Part shown: one piece after another, positions 54,521 to 64,000 of the stretch
How positions within the stretch are numbered: position 1 is the stretch's first letter
How the letters are laid out: every line of letters starts with the position of its first letter
Assembly (NCBI GenBank): GCA_964016885.1
Contig: OZ024748.1
Location: forward strand, 53,320,001-53,384,000
DNA: 64,000 bases
From: Eledone cirrhosa
Taxonomy: Eukaryota
Direction: 5' to 3'
Notes under the pieces: generated by a model
Database searches by the model: none
What the model saw: the letters and a program-made list of their open reading frames with translations, nothing else
What the model was told of the DNA's origin: nothing
Position numbers and translations under genes: made by a program

Positions 54521-54556
54521 TTTTCTGATGAAGGACTAACATCCAAAATGTTAAAA
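54521..54556 (+). ncRNA. CpG-decayed minimal hammerhead (family H5)
   Basis: TTTT-CTGATGA-A-GGAC-taac-ATCC-AAAA-TGT-TA-AAA; reverting three CpG transitions gives GGAC/GTCC-GAAA-CGT-TA. Confidence 0.45.
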
Positions 54557-54772
54557 CTCTTACCTAATATATCTTCATTGTAATGTATTGTTTTGCTGTG
54601 TTGTTTTCTGTTTACTTTACACATACAAACATACATACATATTGGATACATCTTGGTTTCAAGAATTGACATCCCTTGACCGTTTTTTCAAACGTGAGTG
54701 TGCTTGAAGCTTTTTTACATGAAGAAAGGCCATGCACTGGACCAATCCAACTCTACAAACAATGGTGACAGG

Positions 54773-55153
54773 TATCCAAACAAGAAAAGTTCAACATGTT
54801 TTACATCAGAGTTTCTCTTCTCCTAGACTAATGTCCTAACAAGAACTAAGGGTGCCTCACTCCCAGTTTTCAAACTACATGGGCGGGCACAAAACTGAGT
54901 ATTTTCATGTTCCTGTGTGTCTATTTCTTGTTTGTGTTCCTTTAACTTTCTAACACTCATTATCAGTAACCATGCAGCCTCGTCCCTCTCAATTCACACA
55001 CGCACACACACAGGAACATGAAAATACTCAGTTTTGTGCCCGCCCATGTAGTTTGAAAACTGGGAGTGAGGCACCCTTAGTTCTTGTTAGGACATTAGTC
55101 TAGGAGAAGAGAAACTCTGATGTAAAACATGTTGAACTTTTCTTGTTTGGATA
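54773..55153. repeat. Apparently perfect 148-bp inverted repeat with an 85-bp spacer
   Basis: 54773-54920 is the reverse complement of 55006-55153. Confidence 0.95.
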
Positions 55154-55497
55154 TATATACAATATATATATATATATATTGTATATATATATATTGTATA
55201 TATATATATATATATATTGTATATATATATTGCATATATATATATATATTGTATATATATATATTATATATATATATTGTACATATATATATATTGTATA
55301 TATATATATATTGTATATATATATATATATATATATTGTATATATATATTTTGTATATATATATATATATATTGTATTTATATATATATATATATATTGT
55401 ATTTATATATATTTTGTATATATATATATTGTGTATATATATATATTGTATATATATATATATTGTATATATATATATATATATTGTATATATATAT

Positions 55498-55533
<36 letters not shown>

Positions 55534-56775
55534 ATATATATATATTATATATATATATATATATTGTATATATATTGTATATATATTGTATATATATATA
55601 TTGTATATGTATATATATATATTGTATATATATATATATATATTGTATATATATATATATATTGTATATATATATATATTTTACATATATATATTGTATA
55701 TATATTGTATATATATATATATATTGTATATATATATATATATATATATTGTATATATATATATATATATATATTGTATATATATATATATATTGTATAT
55801 ATATATATATATTGTATATATATATATATATATATATTGTATATATATATATATATTGTATATATATATATATATTGTATATATATATATATTGTATATA
55901 TATATATATATTGTATATATATATATATTGTATATATATATATATTTTATATATATATATATATTGTATATATATATTGTATATATATATGGTATATATA
56001 TATATATATATATTGTATATATATATATTGTATATATATATTGTATATATATATATATATTGTATATATATATATATATTGTATATATATATATATATAT
56101 TGTATATATATATATATATTGTATATATATATATTATATATATATATATTGTATATATATATATTGTATGTATATATATATATTGTATATATATATATTG
56201 TATGTATATATATATATTGTATATATATATATATTGTATATATATATATATATTGTATATATATATATATATTGTATATATGTATATATATATTGTATAT
56301 ATATATATATATATATTGTATGTATATATATATATTGTATGTATATATATATATTGTATGTATATATATATATTGTATACATATACATATATATTGTATG
56401 TATATATATATATTGTATACATATATATATATTGTATACATATATATATATTGTATGTATATATATATATTGTATGTATATATATATATTGTATACATAT
56501 ATATATATATTGTATATACATATATATATATATTGTATATATATATATATATATATTGTATATATATATATTGTATATATATATATTGTATATATATATA
56601 TTGTATATATATATATTGTATATATATATATTGTATATACATATATTATATATGTATATATATATATTGTATATACATATATTATATATGTATATATATA
56701 TATTGTATATATATATATTGTATATACATATATTATATATATATATATATATATTGTATATATATATATATTGTA
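55154..56775. repeat. (TA)n-ttg satellite of about 1.6 kb (atattgtatatat unit)
   Basis: Directly visible. Confidence 0.95.
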
Positions 56776-56824
56776 AATAAGTATGCTGAACATAATAAGA
56801 GTTGAGTTGAAATGTTTAGAAATG

Positions 56825-57044
56825 TAGAAAGGATCAAATGCAGGAAAATAGCCATGAACAGAACTTAAGAAAATTGATTAAAAATACCCCTAAAAGCCAA
56901 AATAATGACCAGCAGCAGCTAAAGAGTATCAAGTGAATTAAACTTTGATTCTCTATAGCAGCTGCTGGCCACTTTTTCCTGCTGTTTATATCTAATTTTC
57001 TTGAGTTGAGTTCACAGCTATTTTCCTGTGTTGGAGCTTTTCTG
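56825..57044 (+). ncRNA. Long (220 nt) RNA hairpin with a pre-miRNA-sized apical stem (56909-56968)
   Basis: Basal stem of about 50 bp: tagaaaggatcaaatgcaggaaaatagc...aacttaagaaaatt / aattttcttgagtt...gctattttcctgtgttggagcttttctg. Apical stem: ccagcagcagctaaagagtatcaag/ctttgattctctatagcagctgctgg. Confidence 0.7.
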
Positions 57045-57204
57045 GGCAGAAGGACACATATTCGAGCATACACACACACATACACACACACATATATATA
57101 TCGTCAGTCAATCGACTTTCATCAAATTGGACTGAGGAAACAATGTTTCCATGGGTTTTTGCAATTACTAATACTATCTATCAGTTGCAAATCCAGGTAG
57201 AACG

Positions 57205-57325
57205 AACAACGTGAAATAAAGTGAGTGTCTTGCTGAAGGACATAATGCATCACCCGGTCCAGGAATCGAACTCACAACCTCACGATTGTGAATCCAGTTC
57301 TCTTACCACTCAGCCACACACCTTC
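57205..57325 (-). mobile_element. tRNA-SINE head (family B-related)
   Basis: On -: gaaggtgtgtggctgagtggtaag...gtgagttcgattcctggaccggg...aagacactcac. Confidence 0.75.
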
Positions 57326-57351
57326 ATATATATATATATATATATATATAT

Positions 57352-57722
57352 CATCATCATCATCTTCCCTGCTTGCAAGGGTGGGACGGGTCTTATTCAG
57401 CACAGTATCTCTCCACTTGTCACGGTCCTTCGTCATCTCCACCATGAGCTTCAGAGATCTGAGGTCTGTTCCCACCACATCCGCCCATGTTTTTCGTGGT
57501 CTACCTCTACCACGTCTTCCTTCAACTGGCATTTCCTGGCACTTCTTCACCCATCGGTCATCCTCCATGCGCATCACATGTCCATACCACCTCAGTCTCC
57601 TCTCTCGCACACTACATTCTATCCCTCTCAGACACAGTTTCTCTCTCAACACATTCATTCTGGGTCGTTCACGCACATTGACACTGCACATCCAACGGAG
57701 CATGCTTGCCTCATTTCTCATA
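57352..57722 (-). mobile_element. RTE-clade LINE 3' end, frame still open, with (GAT)n tail
   Basis: EASMLRWMCSV...RRLRWYGHVMRMEDDRWVKKC...GRRGRGRPRKTW...DRDKWR. Confidence 0.9.
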
Positions 57723-57754
57723 TTTCATTTTTTTTCATTTATTTTCAATTTTTA

Positions 57755-58053
57755 CTTGCAAGGGTGGGACGGGAACTGATTCTGGCTTGATTTCTACAGC
57801 TGGATGCCCTTCCTAACACCAACCTCATTTACAGTGAATGCTGGGTGCTTTTTTGCCGTGGCACCTCCACGACCACTTTGCAGTGGATTGTTAGTGACCC
57901 CAGTCCCTATCATCTCATTTCTACAGCTGAGTAAACTGGAACAATGTGAAATAAAGTGTCTTGTTCAAGGAAACAACACATCACCCAGTATGAGAATTGA
58001 ACTCACAACCTTTCGATTGCAAGGCCAATGCTCTAACCACTAAGCCATGTGCC
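57755..58053 (-). mobile_element. SINE family B
   Basis: Reverse complement of family B. Confidence 0.9.
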
Positions 58054-58340
58054 TGTATTTCATTTCTCATATATATAATGTATTTCATTTCAAACAGAAG
58101 GTTATTTGTCACTGATGTACTGAAAATTTCAATAAATGAGAGCTAAAGCTACCACTTAGAGAATTATATAGATATACAGATTAGGATTACCAGTTTGGGA
58201 CTAGTAAGACCACTATTGAGTAGAGCACTAAATACTTAGGATAGTAGATTGTAAATATATTAGAGTGGCCTACGATGAGTCAATATCCTTTTTTTGACCA
58301 CTTATCCACTTATTCCATAAATCAACCACCTTACACCATG

Positions 58341-58428
58341 CCCCTGAGGAGACGGCTTATTCACAGCAGGGAGATATATCTCCAGTCAGAAATTCACTGT
58401 CAAAATGGCAAGAGCTCAGTCGTCAGCC
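58341..58428 (+). ncRNA. Decayed but architecturally complete family H1 hammerhead
   Basis: CCC-CTGAGGA-GACGG...CTGTC-AAAA(for GAAA)-TGGC-aagagctca-GTCG-TC. It supplies the 5' half missing from the other H1 copies; an inverted partial copy lies upstream (about 58190-58270). Confidence 0.55.
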
Positions 58429-58462
58429 CTGACTCTCTAATATATGTATTTACATACATATA

Positions 58463-58507
<45 letters not shown>

Positions 58508-58558
58508 AGCACATTGAAAACAGCTTATAAACTGTTAACAACATTAAATGATAAACAG

Positions 58559-58727
58559 TGAGATATTTTTCAATTTATGTGAGAAAATACAAGATAAGTC
58601 CCTCTGAAAAAAACCCCTCAGTTTTAAATACCACATTAAACAACAGCTTTACACATTGGAAACTTCACATTGCTGGTGATTCTCTTAAGTTTTTTCACTT
58701 CTCACATTTTTTAATTAAGATTTTTCA
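58559..58727 (+). ncRNA. Imperfect RNA hairpin
   Basis: tgaga..atttt/aagat..tttca, atgtgagaa/ttctcacat (9 bp), agttttaaat/attggaaact. Confidence 0.45.
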
Positions 58728-59420
58728 GGATGGAAGGGGAATATAATTTTTTTAATTTTATTTTTTGGGGGTGTGGGGTGTGGGGTGGGGCATACATTTT
58801 TCTGTTTTCTATAATTCATTACTAATATTGTTGTTGTTGTTATCATTACCATCATTATCTATATTTTCCCTTTGTAGTCCCACCCCACCCCACCCATTCC
58901 GTTCTTTACTTAATATAAATTTTACTTTTTATTTATTTTTTTATTTTTTGTTTTGTTTTTTTCATCTTGGTATTGTTCTCAACTTCTTAGACCCTTGAGG
59001 CCAACAACAGACATTAATATCGTTGTCATCATCATCATCATTATCATCATCATTATCATCATTATCATCATCATCGTCATCCTCATCATTATCATCATCA
59101 CCATCATCATCATTAACATCATTAATATTATTTTTGTGTCTAAATCAAAAACCATCATCATCATCATCATCATCATCATCTTTTTTGTGCCTAAATCAGA
59201 AACCATTATAATCATCATCATCATTATTATCCTTATTATAAGCAGTTTTTTTGATGATTTTGTTGATTTTCTTGTTGTTGTTGTTGTTGTGTTGGTGGTG
59301 GTGGTGTTGGTGGTGGTGCTAGTAGTGAATTTTTTTAAAGCATTTTCATATTATAAATACATACGTATACATAAAATTACACACGTATATATGCATGTAA
59401 ACAATATATATATACATATG

Positions 59421-59451
<31 letters not shown>

Positions 59452-59604
59452 TTATGTATGTTTTCTGTGTCTACATACATATATGAATACACACACATAC
59501 CTCTGAGATACAACCGGTACTGGCATTGGTAAATATGCTGGGTCCGTCAACTCCTTATTACACATATATATATACATATCTAAAAAAGTCTAAAGTCTGT
59601 CTTA

Positions 59605-59865
59605 AGCCAGAAGGCTCATTTGGCCGGTGCTTATCCTGGTTTCATGGCGTGAAGTGACTGAGAGTACAAGACTCCCCCCTGGACAGGACGCCAGTCCATT
59701 GCAGGGTTAAACCTCCAGCTATTGCTGGTACTCATTTTCAGCTAAGTATACTGGAGCAACGTGAAATGAAGTGTTTTGCTCAAGAACACAACACGCAGCC
59801 CAGGAATCGAACCCACGACATTATGATCGGAAGTCCAACACTCTTACCTCTAGGCCTCGTGCCTC
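59605..59865 (-). mobile_element. tRNA-derived SINE with a V-SINE-like central domain
   Basis: On -: tRNA head, gtgttcttgagcaaaacactt, then atggactggcgtcctgtccagggggg (inferred resemblance to the V-domain). Confidence 0.65.
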
Positions 59866-59949
<84 letters not shown>

Positions 59950-60162
59950 GAGAGAGAGGGAGACTTTCATTTCTCTCTTATTAGAAAATATGAAGAAAAT
60001 TAAGCATTTTTATTATATTAAACTCTACCATCATCATCATCATCATTATAATCAGTGCTATTACTATTATTACTAAACACAGAAATCATCATCACCATCA
60101 TTATCACTACCACCACCACCACTACCATCATTATTATTAGCATTATTATTATTATTATTAGA

Positions 60163-60346
60163 GGGCGGGGGATTGGCAGTATCGGTAGAGGGTCGGACGC
60201 CATGCTTTGCAGCACAGTTACGTCCCTTTATGGACTGAGTTCAAATCCCGCTGAGGTTGACTTTGCCTTTCATCCTGACAGGATCGATAAAATAAAGTAT
60301 CAGTAATACACTGAGATAATTGCTGGCCTTGTGCCAAAAGTAGAAA
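60163..60346 (+). mobile_element. SINE family A, full length
   Basis: Family A head, core and tail. Confidence 0.9.
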
Positions 60347-60416
60347 TAATAATAATTTTTATTTTTATCATTATTATTATTACTATAATTTCTTTTTTAT
60401 TAAAGTAATATTATAC

Positions 60417-60459
<43 letters not shown>

Positions 60460-60483
60460 CATATATATAAATATATGTAAATG

Positions 60484-60520
<37 letters not shown>

Positions 60521-60544
60521 ATATATAAATATGTGTATTATCAT

Positions 60545-60873
60545 CATTTCATTTTATGTCTGCTTTTCCCTGCTTGCAAGGGTGGGACGGGAACTGATTC
60601 TGGCTTGATTTCTACAGCTGGATGCCCTTCCTAACACCAACCTCATTTACAGTGAGTGCTGGGTGCTTTTTTGCCGTGGTGCCTACATGACCACTTTACA
60701 GTGGAATGATAGGGACCCCAGTCCTATCATCTCATTTCTACAGCTGAGTAAACTGGAGCAATGTGAAATAAAGTGTCTTGCTCAAGGAAACAACACATCA
60801 CCCGGTCTGAGAATTGAACTCACAACCTTTCGATTGCAAGGCCAATGTTCTAACCACTAAGCCATGTGCCTCC
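60545..60873 (-). mobile_element. SINE family B, full length
   Basis: Reverse complement of family B. Confidence 0.9.
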
Positions 60874-61049
60874 ATGTAAATATATATATGTATGTGTGTG
60901 TGTGTGTATAAATATATGTGTATATATATACATATATATGTATTTATACATATATATTTATACACGCACACAAACGTATATATATTTGCTGATTGTTATA
61001 ATATATTTTTTCTTCCACAAAAATGAAACGTGAGAGACAGAAAAATATT

Positions 61050-61640
61050 ATCAACAACAACAACAACAATAACAACACTAACAACAACAACAACAACAAC
61101 GCATACAAAAACACAAACAACAACACCACCAACAACAACAACACCACCAACAACAACAACACCACCAACAACAACAACACCAACACCACCAACAACAACA
61201 ACACATACAAAAACACAAACAACACCACCACCAACAACAATAACACCACCAACACCACCACCACCAACAACAACACCAACAACAACAACAACACGCACAC
61301 AAAAACACACAACAACAACACCACCACCACCAACAACAACAACAACACATACAAAAACACAAATAACAACACCACCAACAACAACACCACCAGCACCACC
61401 AACACCACCAACAACAACAACACCAACAACAAACAATAACACCACCAACACCACCAACAACAACAACAACACCAACAACAAACAATAACACCACCAACAC
61501 CACCAACAACAACAACACCAACAACAAACAATAACACCACCAACACCACCAACACCACCACCACCAACAACAACAACACCAACAACAACAACAACACATA
61601 CAAAAACACAAACAAATGAAACAAACAAACAAGAACAACC
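61050..61640. repeat. (CAA/CAC)n tract
   Basis: Directly visible. Confidence 0.9.
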
Positions 61641-61747
61641 TCAGAGTCATAGTATTAAATTACTTTGCAAGAAAAATTATTAAAATTACAACAAAGTAGA
61701 AACCTGTAGTCTATATTAATAATATAATAATTACCTGAGAATTCACA

Positions 61748-61829
61748 CCTGATGTTCACTTGTCAATCAAATGAAGCTGTGAGAGAGGAATATTTCTTGT
61801 GGAACTCATATTTGTTGAATACCATCAGG
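61748..61829 (+). ncRNA. G-U-rich RNA hairpin
   Basis: cctgatg/catcagg, tcaa-caaat-ga/tc-atttg-ttga, apical ctgtgagaga/tttcttgtgg (5 of 10 pairs are G-U). Confidence 0.55.
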
Positions 61830-61869
61830 GGAAATATTGTTATTCACTTTATTACTGGGATTAATTTTC

Positions 61870-63018
61870 TCTGTCTGTCTGTTTGTCTCTGTATATTTGT
61901 GTGTGTTGTATGTTTGTCTGTGTGTGTGTTTGTATGTGTGTGTTTGTTTGTGTGTATGTATGTGTTTGTTTGTGTGTATGTATGTGTGTTTGTTTGTGTG
62001 TATGTATGTGTGTTTGTTTGTGTGTGTGTGTTTGTATGTGTGTGTGTGTGTGTGTGTGTTTGTTTGTGTTTGTATGTGTGTGTTTGTTTGTGTGTATGTG
62101 TGTGTTTATTTGTATGTGTGTGTTTGTCTGTGTGTGTTTGTATGTGTGTGTGTGTGTTTGTTTGTGTGTTTGTATGTGTGTTTGTGTGTGTCTGTGTGTG
62201 TGTGTGTTTGTCTGTGTGTGTTTGTATGTGTATGTGTGTGTGTGTGCTTGTTTGTGTTTGTATGTGTGTGTTTGTTTGTTTGTGTGTATGTTTGTTTGTG
62301 TGTATGTGTGTGTTTGTTTGTATGTGTGTCTTTGTTTGTGTGTGTTTGTATGTGTGTGTGCGTGTTTGTTTGTGTGTGTTTGTATGTGTGTGTTTGTGTG
62401 TGTATGTGTGTTTTTGTTTGTGTGTGTGTATGTGTGTGTTTGTCTGTGTGTGTGTATGTCTGTGTTTGTCTGTGTGTACATGTGTGTGTTTGTGTGTGTG
62501 TGTGTCATTGTGTCTGTCTGTATATTTGTGTGTTTGTATATTTGTCTGTGTGTGTGTGTCATTGTCTGTGTTTGTGTGTACATGTGTGTTTGTGTGTGTG
62601 TGTGTGTGCATGTGTGTGTTTGTGTGTGTGCATGTGTGTGTTTGTCTCTGTGTGTGTGTGTCATTGTGTCTGTCTGTGTATATTTGTCTCTGTGTGTATG
62701 TGTGTATGTGTGTTTGTTTGTGTGTGTGTGTGTGTGTTTGTTTGTGTGTGTGTGTATGTGTGTGTGTGTCATTGTGTGTGTTTGTTTGTCTGTGTGTGTG
62801 TGTGTGTTTGTGTGTTTGTGTGTTTGTCTGTGTGTCATTGTGTCTGTCTCTGTATATTTGTGTGTCTATGTGTGTGTTTGTGTGTTTGTGAGTGTCATTG
62901 TGTCTGTCTCTGTGTGTCTGTGTGTGGGTCACTGACTGTATATGTGTGTGTGTGTATGTGTGTATTTGTGGGTGTCATTGTGTCTGTCTCTGTGTGTGTC
63001 TATGTGTGGGTCACTGAC

Positions 63019-63055
<37 letters not shown>

Positions 63056-63275
63056 GTGTCTCTATATTTCTGCATGCATGTGTGTGTCTGTATGTGTCTG
63101 TGTGTGTGTGTCTGTTTACATCTGTGTACGTATGTGTTTGTGTGTGTGAGTGTATTTGTGGGTATGTGTTTGCATTTGTGTGCGTATGTATGGATGTGTT
63201 TGTATAAGTATACGTGTGTGTGGATGTGTGATTGTATGAGCGTGTGGAGATGTATGGGTGTGTATGTGTGCGGGA
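61870..63275. repeat. (TG)n-derived compound microsatellite
   Basis: Directly visible. Confidence 0.95.
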
Positions 63276-63774
63276 GCAGGGGTATGCCTGTCTATGTCTG
63301 TCATATGAAGAGCATGTTGTTTTGTTTGTTACTTTCAGTTCTTCATCATCATCATCATCGTCATCATCATCATCATCATCACCACCCCCATTATATGTAT
63401 ATTTTTCATGCTTGCATGGGTTAGACAGGTTGTCAAATTCTGAAGTTAGACAAGTCAGATGATTGCCTCTTACTCATACCTTCCATTCTGTCATGGTCTC
63501 TGGGGCTGGGTTCCCTTCCTAATAGCAACTACTTCACAGTGTGTTTCAGGTACATTTTAACATTAACAGCACTTTGACCTGAAAGGGTAGACTGGATACA
63601 TTTTATCATGGCAACAGCAATACCATCTTAAAGGGTGGGCTGTGCTTTTTTACCATGGTACCTGTAGTGTGGACTAGTTGATTTTAATCATGGTTCCCAC
63701 ACTACTTCTTTATATGGAGGGCTGGGTGCTTTTTACCGTGACACAAGTACCTTATAGGGGGGACCAGTTGCATT

Positions 63775-64000
63775 TTATTGTGGCAGCAGCACCACTACTT
63801 TACATGGAGTGCTGGATGCTTATTGTGGCACACACACTACTATGTTAGATGGAGGGCTGGATGCTTATTGTGGCACACACACTACTACCTTACATGGAGG
63901 GCTGGATGCTTATTGTGGCACACACACTACTACCTTACATGGAGGGCTGGATGCTTATTGTGGCACACACACTACTACCTTACATGGAGGGCTTGATGTT
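63775..64000. repeat. 45-bp tandem repeat (tacatggagggctggatgcttattgtggcacacacactactacct) running off the window end, apparently amplified from a SINE subrepeat
   Basis: At least 4 units; resembles the ctgggtgctttt..gtggcacc subrepeat of the RTE-tailed SINEs. Confidence 0.85.

Noticed and set aside
63775-64000. CRISPR-like array (also 10105-10300)
   Set aside because: The units are contiguous tandem repeats with no unique spacers, the context is eukaryotic, and there are no cas genes.

Overview
AT-rich eukaryotic genomic DNA, most likely from an octopus or other coleoid cephalopod (inferred from the tRNA-derived SINE families and the microsatellite load). It reads as a very large intron or gene desert. 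I cannot support any host protein-coding exon, and almost all ORFs in the track are translated simple repeats. Recognisable content: (i) huge (TA)n/(CA)n/(CAC)n/(CAT)n tracts and several minisatellites; (ii) about 25 copies of at least three tRNA-derived SINE families; (iii) decayed LINE fragments (RTE x3, CR1 x2, CRE/RLE-type, probable L1/Tx1-type); (iv) piggyBac-, hAT- and Tc1/Tigger-type MITEs, some nested; (v) a decayed Penelope-like (PLE) GIY-YIG fragment plus about 12 PLE-type terminal fragments carrying type I hammerhead ribozyme motifs of at least 4 families, one with stem covariation visible within the window. The most striking unexplained signal is that nearly every island of unique sequence between repeats (about 25-30 islands) folds by eye into a long, imperfect, nested stem-loop of about 50-390 nt. 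These hairpins are unrelated to each other in sequence and rich in G-U pairs when read on the + strand, suggesting a + strand transcript carrying an array of selected dsRNA elements. A second pattern is recurrent near-perfect fold-back inverted duplications abutting (TA)n tracts. All structures were paired by eye, with no folding or database searches run, and repeat boundaries are approximate.
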